Shown here: in pieces, positions 19,939-29,632 of the stretch
Position numbering within the stretch: position 1 is the stretch's first letter
How the letters are laid out: each line of letters opens with the position of its first letter
Assembly (NCBI GenBank): GCA_027313505.1
Contig: DAHVDN010000001.1
Span: 43,366-107,365, forward strand
Reading direction: 5' to 3'
Length of the DNA stretch: 64,000 nucleotides
From: Candidatus Dormiibacterota bacterium
Lineage (GTDB): Bacteria > Chloroflexota > Dormibacteria > Aeolococcales > Bog-877
The notes under the pieces: model-generated
Seen by the model: the letters and a program-made list of their open reading frames with translations, nothing else
The model's database searches: none
What the model was told of the DNA's origin: nothing
Position numbers and translations under genes: made by a program

Positions 19939-20216
19939 GTGTCGCCTCCTAGTGATGTGGCGGCGATCGATGTCGCCGCGTTATGGCTGCGTCTGGTGTT
20001 CTGCCGAACCCAAACCAACTCAGCGGTGCTGGGGTGCAGGGTTCGCGTTGAGTGCTTCGCAGTTCAATCCATCGGATTGTTGCACACATGCGCGCCCGTG
20101 TGTGATGGGGAGGTGAATGCTAAGCGCGCTGAAAGTCATTTGAGTGTGATATTTGAACGCGGTAGAGTGAGTCGCCATTTCCCCCGCTGCCGTTGAGCAA
20201 GGCATATACTGGCGCG

Positions 20217-21482
20217 GTGATTGCGCCTTCCGAAACCATCGAGGATCTGTACGCGACCGGCCAGCACAGAGTTGACCAGGCGGCGCGATTCCTCCGCCTC
20301 AGCGATGACCTCCACGCTGTTCTGCGAGAGGTCAAGCGGGTCTTTCAGGTGCATTTTCCAGTGGTGCGCGATGACGGGTCGGTGGAGGTCTACACCGGAT
20401 TCCGCGTCCATCACAGTCTGGCCCGCGGTCCTGCGAAGGGCGGCATCCGATACGAGCCTGGGGCGACGGTGCAGGGGACCAAGGCGCAGGCGATGTTGAT
20501 GAGCTGGAAGACCGCGGTGATGTCACTTCCCTTCGGGGGAGCGGCGGGTGCTGTGCGAGTTGACCCCACACGGCTCAGCTCGCGAGAGCTGGAGCGACTG
20601 ACGCGACGGTTCACCACCGAGATTCGACTTTTGCTGGGGCCAGAGCGTGATATTCCCGCACCCGACATTGGAACCGGGCCCCAGGTGATGGCCTGGATGA
20701 TGGACACCATCTCCATGCACGAGGGTTACTCAGTCACCGCCGCCGTTACCGGCAAGCCGATTGAGGCGGGCGGTTCGGTTGGCCGGATCGAGGCGCCAGG
20801 TCGTGGGTTGGCGACGGTCCTGATGCACACCATGCGCAACACCGGTCTCAGCCTGGAAGGGGCGACCGTTGCAGTTGAGGGCTTCGGCACTGTCGGGGCC
20901 ACCTGCGCCCGCCTCCTGGCTGCGGCCGGATGTCGAGTCGTCGCCGTCTCCGACCACACCGGGGGCTGGCACAACGATGGCGGCCTCGACCTGGTCGCGA
21001 TGGACCAGGTGAAGGCCGAAGGCGGGCAGCTGAGCCAAGCGGGGGTGAGCGGGGACGCGATCAGCCGCGAGGAGCTGTTGGCGCTGCCGGTAACGGTGCT
21101 GATCCCAGCATCGGTTGAAAGTGTGGTCAACGCTGGAAACGCCTCTCATGTCCGTGCCCGAATTGTGGCGGAGGGCGCAAATGGTCCGGTGACACCTGTT
21201 GCGGAGGCGGTGCTGGCGGAGGACGGCATCGTGGTGGTGCCGGACATCCTCGCCAACGGCGGCGGGGTTACCGTCTCCTACTTCGAGTGGGTGCAGGACT
21301 TGCAATCATTCTTCTGGGAGGAGTCGGAAATTAGCTCCCAGTTGGAGCGGGCCATGCTAAGGGCCGCCGACCAGGTCTGGGCCTACTCGGCCCACCACCA
21401 CATCTCGTTGCGCGAAGCCGCCTACGCGATTGCGATCGGGCGGGTGGCGCGGGCCTCAAGTGCCCGCGGGGTCTACCCCTAG
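20217..21482 (+). CDS. gdhA: Glu/Leu/Phe/Val dehydrogenase homologue lacking the catalytic Lys (probable regulatory GDH subunit)
   Basis: RGPAKGGIR, MSWK, DIPAPDIGT, VTGKP, GFGTVG, EGANGP, PDILANGGGVTVSYFEWVQ, RGVYP; the GG(A/G)KGG motif reads GGAAGA. GTG 20217 follows TATACT (alternative TTG 20193). Confidence 0.9.
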   Translation: MIAPSETIEDLYATGQHRVDQAARFLRLSDDLHAVLREVKRVFQVHFPVVRDDGSVEVYTGFRVHHSLARGPAKGGIRYEPGATVQGTKAQAMLMSWKTAVMSLPFGGAAGAVRVDPTRLSSRELERLTRRFTTEIRLLLGPERDIPAPDIGTGPQVMAWMMDTISMHEGYSVTAAVTGKPIEAGGSVGRIEAPGRGLATVLMHTMRNTGLSLEGATVAVEGFGTVGATCARLLAAAGCRVVAVSDHTGGWHNDGGLDLVAMDQVKAEGGQLSQAGVSGDAISREELLALPVTVLIPASVESVVNAGNASHVRARIVAEGANGPVTPVAEAVLAEDGIVVVPDILANGGGVTVSYFEWVQDLQSFFWEESEISSQLERAMLRAADQVWAYSAHHHISLREAAYAIAIGRVARASSARGVYP

Positions 21483-22265
21483 CCTTAAGCCGCCCGTGCC
21501 GCGTCGCAGGGGCAGCACCGGGTCGCGCCCTGGTTGGTACTCGAACCGGTAGCCGGCGCCGATTACGACGTGGATGTAGTGCGGGCCGTCGGCGCGAGGT
21601 TGCAGCTTGCGCCGAAGGCGGTAGAGATGTGCATCCAGGGAATGGACCTGGTAGGGGTCCCGGCGGCGCCACACGTCCGCGATCAGCTGGGGCCTGGAAA
21701 CGACGCGGCCAGCATTGCGGGCAAGGGCGCTCAGGATTCCAAACTCGGTGGGTGTCAGCGACAAGGTGCGGTCGTCCCGGCGAACCTCGTGGCGGCCCAA
21801 GTCAATGATGAGCCCTGGGAAGGACATGCGATTCTGGGTTGCCGCGGAACGCATCAGGCGGGCTCTACGAAGCCTGGCGTTGATTCGCGCCACCAACTCC
21901 CGCACCTCAAATGGCTTGCGCAGATAGTCGTCGGCGCCCACCTCGAGACCCACGACGACATCCTCGGGGTCGTGTAGGCAGGAGACCATCATCACCGTGG
22001 ACTTCACCCCGGCACCGCGAAGCCTGCGGCAGACCTCCACGCCGCTCATGTCAGGCAGGACAAGATCCAAGAGAATCAGGTCCGGTTCTTCCTCTATCGC
22101 CAGCCGAAGGCCCAGAGCTCCACTTGCCGCGGTGGCGACTCCATAGCCGCTCTCAGCGGCAATCAGTTGGACCAGCTGCAGCATCGCGGGGTCGTCGTCG
22201 ACGATCAGAAGCGTCGCGGTATCGGTCGGAAGGGTTGGGGGCGGGAGCTCCCAGTCATCGGTCAT
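21456..22265 (-). CDS. OmpR/PhoB-family response regulator (orphan)
   Basis: LLIVDDD, DLILLDLVLP, GADDYLRKPF, winged helix LTPTEFGIL...LDAHLYRLRRKL...IHVVIGAGYRF. Start uncertain (22265 or 22292). Confidence 0.92.
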   Translation of the reverse strand: MTDDWELPPPTLPTDTATLLIVDDDPAMLQLVQLIAAESGYGVATAASGALGLRLAIEEEPDLILLDLVLPDMSGVEVCRRLRGAGVKSTVMMVSCLHDPEDVVVGLEVGADDYLRKPFEVRELVARINARLRRARLMRSAATQNRMSFPGLIIDLGRHEVRRDDRTLSLTPTEFGILSALARNAGRVVSRPQLIADVWRRRDPYQVHSLDAHLYRLRRKLQPRADGPHYIHVVIGAGYRFEYQPGRDPVLPLRRGTGGLRLGVDPAGT

Positions 22266-22434
22266 GCCCAGTTGGGGTGCGGTTGCCTGCATCACGCCGG
22301 GATTGTGTCCCCACAGCCACTGAATTGGGCGTCCTGTATTGACAACGGCTGCGTAACAAGCTCCGCGACGGGTGTGACGGCGCTCAACTTCCGCGAGGTC
22401 GGTTACCATGAATGCCAGTTCAGGAGGAGCCGCG

Positions 22435-23094
22435 ATGAGGTCGAGATTCGCGGGGTGGGGTAGGCGGCGTCGGATTGGGAATATCCTGGCGATCACCGGG
22501 GCAGTCCTGGTGCTGGCCGGGATCGGAGTGCTGCTGCCGCCGGTCCTAGGGGTGCTGCACCGAGGCGGAAACGACAAGCAGCTCCTTCAGAAGTGGCTGG
22601 GGCCCAAGAGCGCTATCACCAAGGTCATCCCCCAGCAGAACGAAACGCCCGTGAACTCCACCACCCCCGCGACCGTGCCCGCGTGCGGGACGGGACCGGC
22701 CAACTCGGAGTACGCGCTGGTGGCCTTTCCCAGCTTGCCTGGGGTTGAGGGAGTCGCGGGCAACGGCAATTGGGGGATGCTCACCCAGAGGTCGGTAGTG
22801 CACTACTCGGACTCCCCCGGTCCTGGGGGGGTCGGGAACATGCTATTGGCCCTCCATCGAGAGCCCAATTTCGAGCCGTTGGGCACCCTCAAGGCGGGGA
22901 ACCAGATTCTGATCACAGCTCGCAACTGCCAGCAGTTCACTTACACGATCACCCAGGTATGGGTGGAGAACCCGTCACAGGTGACCCAGCTGCAGCCGAT
23001 CAGCCAGGGGCACTTCCTGACTCTGGTGACCTGCACCCCCCTGTGGGTGGACACTCAGCGAATCGTCATCCGGGCTACGCTCACGGCCAGCTGA
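22435..23094 (+). CDS. Sortase (class D/E-like)
   Basis: N-terminal TM anchor; GNMLLALHR (His), LTLVTCTP (TLxTC), Arg in QRIVIRA; AGGAGG before ATG 22435. Confidence 0.92.
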   Translation: MRSRFAGWGRRRRIGNILAITGAVLVLAGIGVLLPPVLGVLHRGGNDKQLLQKWLGPKSAITKVIPQQNETPVNSTTPATVPACGTGPANSEYALVAFPSLPGVEGVAGNGNWGMLTQRSVVHYSDSPGPGGVGNMLLALHREPNFEPLGTLKAGNQILITARNCQQFTYTITQVWVENPSQVTQLQPISQGHFLTLVTCTPLWVDTQRIVIRATLTAS

Positions 23095-23188
23095 ACGGCA
23101 CCGGTCCGCGGTTCCACCACATGAAGTGGATGCCAACGTCGTAGACCACTAAATAGCGCCTTCCGCGGGCTGAGGCGCCAGCGTCATC

Positions 23189-23197
23189 TGCTATGCT
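23189..23197 (+). promoter_or_regulatory. Putative extended -10 promoter (TGcTATGCT) of guaB-guaA-purD
   Basis: TGnTAnnnT about 70 nt upstream of the guaB start. Confidence 0.4.
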
Positions 23198-23267
23198 TTG
23201 CCAAGGGATAGCGCAGTCTATGGGCGGTCCCGCGCACCTGGAGACCGGGACTGGGAGGTGGCCTTGC

Positions 23268-24428
23268 TTGGATATTGAACTGGGACGTGGGAAGCGGGCA
23301 AGGCGGGCCTACGGCTTCGACGAGGTGGCCTTGGTCCCCGGGAAGGTCACCATCAACCCCGACGAGATCGACATCACCATGCGAATTAGAGACGTCGAGA
23401 TCCCGGTTCCCATCCTCGCCTCTGCCATGGATGGAGTAGTCGACCCGCACTTCGCAGTCGCCATGGGGCGCCTCGGAGCCATGGCGGTCCTGAATCTGGA
23501 CGGTGTCAACTGCAGATATGAGGACCCGGCCGCAGTATATGAGGAGATAGCGGAGGCTCCAAGGGACAAGGTCAATCAGCTGCTACAGCGGCTGTACCTG
23601 GAACCGGTCAAAGACGAGCTGATCGCCCGTCGGATCGAGGAGATCACGCGCGAGAACGTGCTCTGCGGGGTGTCGACCACTCCAGCCGATGCTGAGCACC
23701 GCCTCCCAATCGCGACCGAGGCCGGAGCGGACATCTATTTCGTGCAGGGCACCGTGCTCACCGCACGGCACATCTCCCGCTCCTATCGCCAGTTGGATTT
23801 TGCCCATCTGATGGCCCAATCCCGCCTCCCCGTGGTGGTCGGCAACTGTGTGGAGTACTACACCGCGTTGGAGCTGATGGCCACAGGGGTCGACGGAATC
23901 CTGGTGGGGGTTGGCCCCGGGGCCGCCTGCACCACCCGCGGGGTGCTGGGCATTGGAGTGCCACAGGTGACTGCGACAGCCGATGTCGCCGCCGCTCGCA
24001 ATGACCATCGCCGGACCGGTGGCAAGTCGGTGACCGTGATCACCGACGGAGGCATGCGCGTCGGTGGCGACGTCACCAAGGCCTTCGCCTCCGGCGCTGA
24101 CGGGGTCATGATCGGGTCCGTGTTCGCCTCTGCGGAAGAGGCTCCGGGGAAGGGGCACCACTGGGGGATGGCGACACCGGACCCCAACCTGCCCCGGGGG
24201 ACGCGGATCAAGGTTGGAACCAAGGCCACCCTGCGCGAGCTACTGTTGGGCCCGGCCCGGGTGGACGACGGGAGTCAGAACCTGGTCGGAGCAATCAAGG
24301 CGGCGATGGGGGTCTGTGGGGCTCGCACCATCGAAGAGTTCCAGCAAACCGAGCTGGTCATCGCCCCGGCGATCCTGACTGAGGGCAAGCTCTTCCAGCA
24401 AGCCCAACAGGTCGGGATGGCTCGTTGA
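23268..24428 (+). CDS. guaB: IMP dehydrogenase-related protein, GuaB3 family (no CBS domains)
   Basis: [31 protein letters not shown], catalytic [24 protein letters not shown]...LPRGTRI; GGGAGG before TTG 23268. Confidence 0.92.
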   Translation: MDIELGRGKRARRAYGFDEVALVPGKVTINPDEIDITMRIRDVEIPVPILASAMDGVVDPHFAVAMGRLGAMAVLNLDGVNCRYEDPAAVYEEIAEAPRDKVNQLLQRLYLEPVKDELIARRIEEITRENVLCGVSTTPADAEHRLPIATEAGADIYFVQGTVLTARHISRSYRQLDFAHLMAQSRLPVVVGNCVEYYTALELMATGVDGILVGVGPGAACTTRGVLGIGVPQVTATADVAAARNDHRRTGGKSVTVITDGGMRVGGDVTKAFASGADGVMIGSVFASAEEAPGKGHHWGMATPDPNLPRGTRIKVGTKATLRELLLGPARVDDGSQNLVGAIKAAMGVCGARTIEEFQQTELVIAPAILTEGKLFQQAQQVGMAR

Positions 24429-24447
24429 GGGCTGGGGACCAGGGCAG

Positions 24448-26043
24448 ATGATCACCGCCGCTCCGGGGACAGTCGAGGTAGAGGGCGGTGGTGAGACGAT
24501 GGAGGTCGGCGCTGAGCGCGTCCTGATACTCGACTTCGGCTCCCAGTACAGCCAGCTGATCGCGCGCCGGATCCGAGAGCTGAAGGTCTACTGCGAGTTG
24601 GTTCCCGGGACGATCTCGGTAGAGGAGGTGCGCCGCCAGCATCCTCGTGGGCTGGTGCTGAGCGGCGGCCCGGCCAGCGTATACGACGCCGACGCCATCA
24701 GGCCGGATCCGGAGATCTACAGTCTGGGCGTCCCCATCCTGGGAATCTGCTACGGCATGCAGCTACTCGCTCACGACCTGGGAGGGAGAGTGCGCCCGGC
24801 CGCCAAGCGAGAGTATGGTCTGGCCGCCGTCGTTGTGGACCGCGAAGAGGGAATCTTCTCGGGACTCCCACAGGAGATGCCGGTGTGGATGAGCCACGGC
24901 GACGTGATAGAGGAGCTGCCTCCCGGCTACCGGGTCATGGCCCATACCCTCAACAGCCCGGTGGCCGCGATGTCCGGGCCAGGCGGCAGCGTGGGAATTC
25001 AATTTCACCTCGAGGTTGCGCATACTCCGCAGGGTTCGGAGATGCTACGCAACTTCCTCTATCGAACCTGCGGATGCGAGGGGAACTGGGAAGCCAGCAG
25101 TTTCGTCGAGCAGGCGGTCGCTGAGATCCGCCGCAAGGTGGGAGGAGAGAGGGTGATCTGCGCTCTGTCAGGGGGAGTGGACTCGGCCGTGGCCGCCACC
25201 CTGGTGCATCGAGCGATAGGAGATCAGCTGACCTGTGTGTTCGTGGACAACGGCCTCTTGCGGCGTGGTGAGGCCGACCGGGTGATCGACGTACTCACTC
25301 GAAGCATGCGGATGCGGATCGTGCGAGTGGAAGGTGCCGAGCGGTTCGTGGGCGCGCTGGCGGGGGTGGTTGACCCCGAGGAGAAGCGCCGTATCGTCGG
25401 TCGCGAGTTCATCAGCGCCTTTGAGGAGGAGACCATAAGGATGGGTGACGTGCCCTTTTTGGCTCAGGGCACCCTTTACCCGGATGTCATCGAGAGCACC
25501 TCGGCCGACACCTTTGGCGCTCGGAAGATCAAGACCCACCACAATGTGGGCGGTCTCCCCCAGTCCATGACCTTCAGCCTGGTTGAGCCGCTTCGCTACC
25601 TGTTCAAGGACGAGGTGCGCCGTGTCGGAAGGGCGCTGGGCCTGCCAGACGATTTGGTGATGCGGCAGCCGTTCCCCGGCCCCGGACTTTCCATCCGGAT
25701 CATCGGGGAGGTCACCAAGGAGCGGCTCGAGACGGTTCGGAGTGCCGACTGGGTGGTCATCGACGAGATCAAACGGAGCGGTCTCTACGGCAAGGTTTGG
25801 CAGAGTTTCGCGATCCTTACCCCCATCAGCAGCGTCGGCGTGATGGGAGACTACCGCACCTACGCCAACGTGGTGGCGGTGCGGATCGTCACCTCAGACG
25901 ATGGCATGACCGCAGATTGGGCAAGGGTTCCCTACGACGTTTTGGCCGACATCAGTCGAAGGATAGTCAACGAGGTGCCGGGCGTGAACCGGGTGGTGTA
26001 CGACATCAGCAGCAAGCCCCCTTCGACCATCGAGTGGGAGTGA
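24448..26043 (+). CDS. guaA: GMP synthase (glutamine-hydrolysing)
   Basis: [64 protein letters not shown]. Confidence 0.97.
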   Translation: MITAAPGTVEVEGGGETMEVGAERVLILDFGSQYSQLIARRIRELKVYCELVPGTISVEEVRRQHPRGLVLSGGPASVYDADAIRPDPEIYSLGVPILGICYGMQLLAHDLGGRVRPAAKREYGLAAVVVDREEGIFSGLPQEMPVWMSHGDVIEELPPGYRVMAHTLNSPVAAMSGPGGSVGIQFHLEVAHTPQGSEMLRNFLYRTCGCEGNWEASSFVEQAVAEIRRKVGGERVICALSGGVDSAVAATLVHRAIGDQLTCVFVDNGLLRRGEADRVIDVLTRSMRMRIVRVEGAERFVGALAGVVDPEEKRRIVGREFISAFEEETIRMGDVPFLAQGTLYPDVIESTSADTFGARKIKTHHNVGGLPQSMTFSLVEPLRYLFKDEVRRVGRALGLPDDLVMRQPFPGPGLSIRIIGEVTKERLETVRSADWVVIDEIKRSGLYGKVWQSFAILTPISSVGVMGDYRTYANVVAVRIVTSDDGMTADWARVPYDVLADISRRIVNEVPGVNRVVYDISSKPPSTIEWE

Positions 26044-27317
26044 CCTCTCCGCCCCATTCCCTCCGGGTACTGGTGGTGGGGAGCGGGGGACGGGAGCACG
26101 CCTTGGCGTGGGCCTGTGCCCGCAGCCCCTTGGTCGGCGAGGTCCTCGCAGCACCCGGAAATGGGGGAACGGCGACTGTGGGCCGTAACCTGCAGCTCTC
26201 GGTCACCGATGGTGTAGCGATCGCCAGGGCGGCCCTGGAGGCTCGGGTGGACCTGGTCGTGGTGGGGCCGGACGCCGCGATTGCAGCCGGGGTCACCGAC
26301 GCTATGGAGCAGGCGGGAATCCTCTGCTTCGGCGCGCGCAGGTTGGCGGGCGAGCTGGAGAGCAGCAAGGCGTTTGCCAAACGGCTGATGTCCCGAGTGG
26401 GAATCGACACCGCGGCGTTCGGGGTCTTCCATGAGGTGGGTGCCGCCCGTCGACATATCCTCTCTCACCCGGGCCCGGTGGTGGTCAAGGCCGACGGTCT
26501 GGCGCTTGGCAAGGGGGCGTTTGTCTGCCCGGACAGTGAAGTTGCGCTCCAGGTCACAGAGCGCCTCATGGTTCGCGGCGAACTTGGAGACCCAGGGCGA
26601 ACTGTCGTGATCGAGGAGGTTTTGGACGGCACAGAGGTGTCTCTCTTCGCCATCTGTGACGGTCAGCGAGCGGTCATGCTCCCGCCGGTTTGTGACTACA
26701 AGCGAGCGTTCGACGGAGATCTGGGGGACATGACCGGGGGCATGGGCGGATATTGCCCGCCCCGAGGACTGGACGTTGAGGCGATCAATCAGCGCGCTCT
26801 CGAGGAGGTGGTGACACCGGTTCTGGCCGAGATGTCTCGCCTCAGACGGCCCTTTCAAGGCTGCCTGTACGTGGGAGCGATGCTCAGCGGCACCCGGATA
26901 CAGGTCCTGGAGTTCAACGCGCGCTTTGGAGACCCGGAGACCGAGATTGTGTTACCGCTCTTAGGCGATCCGGTCCCCTACCTGCTCCAGGCCGCCCAGG
27001 GAGCCTTGGAGCTGCCCGCGCCCGCGCTGCTCGAGCCCGCGGCCGTCGGAGTCGTGGCCGTACGGGAGCCCTACCCGCAAGCCGTCTCCAAGGGCGGCCC
27101 GATTGAGGGTCTCGCGGAAGCCGCCCGGGCGGGCTGTCTGGTATTCCAGATGGGAACGCTGGCTGGGGCTGCAGGCGCCGTCGAGGTCGCTGGGGGTCGG
27201 GTGCTCATCTGCATGGCCGCGGGGGAGAGTGTAGCCAGGGCCCGGAGCAGGGCCTACTCCGGCCTCGAAAGGCTCAGTTTTGCGGGGATGCGCTACCGTT
27301 CCGATATCGCCGCCTGA
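26040..27317 (+). CDS. purD: Phosphoribosylamine-glycine ligase
   Basis: [71 protein letters not shown] overlap with guaA. Confidence 0.96.
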   Translation: MTSPPHSLRVLVVGSGGREHALAWACARSPLVGEVLAAPGNGGTATVGRNLQLSVTDGVAIARAALEARVDLVVVGPDAAIAAGVTDAMEQAGILCFGARRLAGELESSKAFAKRLMSRVGIDTAAFGVFHEVGAARRHILSHPGPVVVKADGLALGKGAFVCPDSEVALQVTERLMVRGELGDPGRTVVIEEVLDGTEVSLFAICDGQRAVMLPPVCDYKRAFDGDLGDMTGGMGGYCPPRGLDVEAINQRALEEVVTPVLAEMSRLRRPFQGCLYVGAMLSGTRIQVLEFNARFGDPETEIVLPLLGDPVPYLLQAAQGALELPAPALLEPAAVGVVAVREPYPQAVSKGGPIEGLAEAARAGCLVFQMGTLAGAAGAVEVAGGRVLICMAAGESVARARSRAYSGLERLSFAGMRYRSDIAA

Positions 27318-27349
27318 CCGGACGTAGTTCGCCGAGGTCCCAGCGCTCG

Positions 27350-27706
27350 ATGACCCCATCTCCATCGGAGTTCGAAAGAGAGCAGCTTCGCCAACTCCTG
27401 GAAGGAAGGATTCAACTCTTGGAGGGCGAGATCGACGGCCTGACCAAAAGGCGGTCGGAGCCGGGCTCTCAGATCCAGTACGGCAAGCGCGCCGGCGACC
27501 ACATCGCCGAGGTCACCGACAACCTGTCGCGAGCCAGGGCGGCGGAGCAGCTGTCCAAGCTCGCCGAGCAGGCCAGGGTGGCTCTGGATCGAATCGAAGC
27601 GGGCCGCTACGGTAGCTGCGAGGCCTGCGGTTCGGCCATCGCCAAAGAACGTCTCGAGGCGCTCCCATGGGCGGTCCGCTGTGTCGCCTGCGCGGGGAAG
27701 CGGTGA
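27350..27706 (+). CDS. TraR/DksA C4-type zinc-finger protein
   Basis: ALDRIEAGRYGSCEACGSAIAKERLEALPWAVRCVAC after a coiled-coil region. Confidence 0.92.
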   Translation: MTPSPSEFEREQLRQLLEGRIQLLEGEIDGLTKRRSEPGSQIQYGKRAGDHIAEVTDNLSRARAAEQLSKLAEQARVALDRIEAGRYGSCEACGSAIAKERLEALPWAVRCVACAGKR

Positions 27707-27774
27707 AGGCAGGTCATCTTGGGTGCGAGGGCAGCGCGCATGGGGAGCCCACGGACCGCTAACCTTGGCAGGCA

Positions 27775-29625
27775 ATGCCCGCGATCGGATTGATCGAGAG
27801 CAGTCTGCGCCATGGGCAGCAGACCCTGCTCTCCAGCCGCCTTAGGACCCGACATATCACTGAGCTCGCAGAGCGCCTCGAGGGCAGTGGGATAGCGGGT
27901 CTGGACGTGTTCGGCGGTGCCACCTTTGGTGTCGGGTTGAGCAACCTCGGCGAGGATCCGTTCGACCGCCTCCGAGCCGTTCGCAAGGCCACCACTACGC
28001 CGCTCTACGGGCTCATCAGGGGCCAGTCCCTGGTCGGCGCCAGGCCCGTTGCGGACGATGTGGTGGACAAATTCGTCGGGGTGCTGGCGGGACTCGGACT
28101 CGATGTGTTCAGGTGCTTCGATCCGCTGAACGATCTGCGTAACCTCTCCCGGGTGGCAGCGGCGGTGCGCGGCAGTGGCCGACGTGCGGAGGGGGCTTTG
28201 GTTTACACCGAGAGCCCCGCACATTCGGTGGAACACTTCATCAAACTTGGAGCTTCACTGGCGCAGATGGGGTTCCAGAGCCTGTGCCTCTTCGACTTCG
28301 CAGGCCTCCTGGGCGCCGGAAGTGCGCGAGCGATCGTGGCCGGGCTGCTCCAAGAGACGGGGTTGCCGGTGAGCCTGCACTGCGCCACCATCACCGGCCA
28401 GGCATCCTTCGCCTACCTGGCAGCTGCGGAGGCCGGCGCCACCTGCCTCGATGTCTGTCTCTCCCCGCTGGCAGGAGGGGCGTCGCTTCCCAACACCGAG
28501 GGGGTCATAGCGGCGCTGGCGGGCACCGACCTAGCCCCCACGGTCGATCCGGCGAAGATCCTCAGCGCCGCGGATCGTCTGGAGGAGGTGATGCCCCTAT
28601 ACGAGCTGGTGGCTGACCCCAGTGGCTGGCAGCTGGACTCCGGAACACTGAGGACCCAGCTGGCCCCCTCTGTGCAGCAGCACCTGCTCTGGGAGTGCCG
28701 GGCCCAGGGAGCTGCCGATCGCCGACCTGCGGTTGTCGAGGAGATTTCGCGGGTCAGAGCGGAAATGGGATACCCGCCACTGATCAGCCCGGTGGCCGAG
28801 GTGGTGGTCACCCAGGCAGTCGCCAACGTCGCCTCAGGCGACCGCTACCTCATCGTGGCCCAGGATGTGAAGGACTATTTCCTGGGGCTCTTCGGAGCTC
28901 CTCCCGGCACCCCGGACCCCGAGGTTCAGAAGTTAGTGATCGGAGGTGAGGAGCCGATCACGGTACGGCCCGGAGACGTGCTGGAGCCGACGCTCGAGGA
29001 GGCGCGTCGGCTGATGGCCCGGAGCGACCTGGGCGAACCAACTTTAGAGCAACTACTGGAGTTCATCTTGTTTCCCGAGGCGGCCTCCGCGGCAATTAGG
29101 GGAGAGGCTCGACACGAACGGCTGGATGATGAACCGGAACCGCCGTCGGTGGAGCCGCCAACGCTGGAGGTTTCGGGGCCACCAGCTTTGGTGGATGGTG
29201 GTGACCTCAGCGAGCCGATTGGGGACGCGGCGGCTGTTCCGATGTTCTCGGCTCCGCCCACCCCGGCACCGCCTCCAGAGGAGCCCTCTGCGGCCCGTGA
29301 ATTCAGCGTGGAGGTGGACGGGGAGGTGTTCGAGGTCCGGGTGCTTGCCAAGGATGGTGGCTTCTCGGCTGTCTCCGGGGCTCCTGCCTCCTCGCAGCCC
29401 GCCCCTGCGGCATCAGGCGCGGTGCGGGCGCCGATGCAGGGTCTGATCGCCAAGATTCCGGTGAAGGTGGGAGATCCGGTGGAGATCGGCCAGACCGTGG
29501 CGGTCCTGGAGGCGATGAAGATGCAGAACGACATCCCTTCGGATCGTGCCGGGACGGTCCAGAGCGTGAACGTGGCCGAGGGCCAGGTGGTGGGCCGCGG
29601 CGACCCGCTGGTCACCATCGGCTGA
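27775..29625 (+). CDS. Pyruvate carboxylase subunit B / OadA-like protein: degenerate carboxyltransferase domain, Pro/Glu linker, biotinyl domain
   Basis: GGATF, EDPFDRL, RGQSLVG, DVFRCFDPLND, RVRAEMGYPPL, ITVRPGDVLEP, C-terminal APMQG...LEAMKMQN; CT metal and catalytic residues are substituted. Confidence 0.9.
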   Translation: MPAIGLIESSLRHGQQTLLSSRLRTRHITELAERLEGSGIAGLDVFGGATFGVGLSNLGEDPFDRLRAVRKATTTPLYGLIRGQSLVGARPVADDVVDKFVGVLAGLGLDVFRCFDPLNDLRNLSRVAAAVRGSGRRAEGALVYTESPAHSVEHFIKLGASLAQMGFQSLCLFDFAGLLGAGSARAIVAGLLQETGLPVSLHCATITGQASFAYLAAAEAGATCLDVCLSPLAGGASLPNTEGVIAALAGTDLAPTVDPAKILSAADRLEEVMPLYELVADPSGWQLDSGTLRTQLAPSVQQHLLWECRAQGAADRRPAVVEEISRVRAEMGYPPLISPVAEVVVTQAVANVASGDRYLIVAQDVKDYFLGLFGAPPGTPDPEVQKLVIGGEEPITVRPGDVLEPTLEEARRLMARSDLGEPTLEQLLEFILFPEAASAAIRGEARHERLDDEPEPPSVEPPTLEVSGPPALVDGGDLSEPIGDAAAVPMFSAPPTPAPPPEEPSAAREFSVEVDGEVFEVRVLAKDGGFSAVSGAPASSQPAPAASGAVRAPMQGLIAKIPVKVGDPVEIGQTVAVLEAMKMQNDIPSDRAGTVQSVNVAEGQVVGRGDPLVTIG

Positions 29626-29632
29626 CCCCGCG

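Noticed and set aside
19178..20196. Plus-strand ORFs over the basic-protein gene
   Set aside because: They lack an SD; the minus-strand ORF has an SD, ATG and a coherent coiled coil.
23100..23267. Purine, ZTP or PRPP riboswitch upstream of guaB (also checked upstream of purB)
   Set aside because: Only a simple GGTCCCG/CGGGACT hairpin; conserved aptamer motifs were not recognised.
24990..25020. GuaA QFHLEV instead of QFHPEV (and PurN NIHNS instead of NIHPS) as signs of inactivation
   Set aside because: The catalytic Cys/His/Glu of GuaA and Asn/His/Asp of PurN are retained; only non-catalytic prolines differ.
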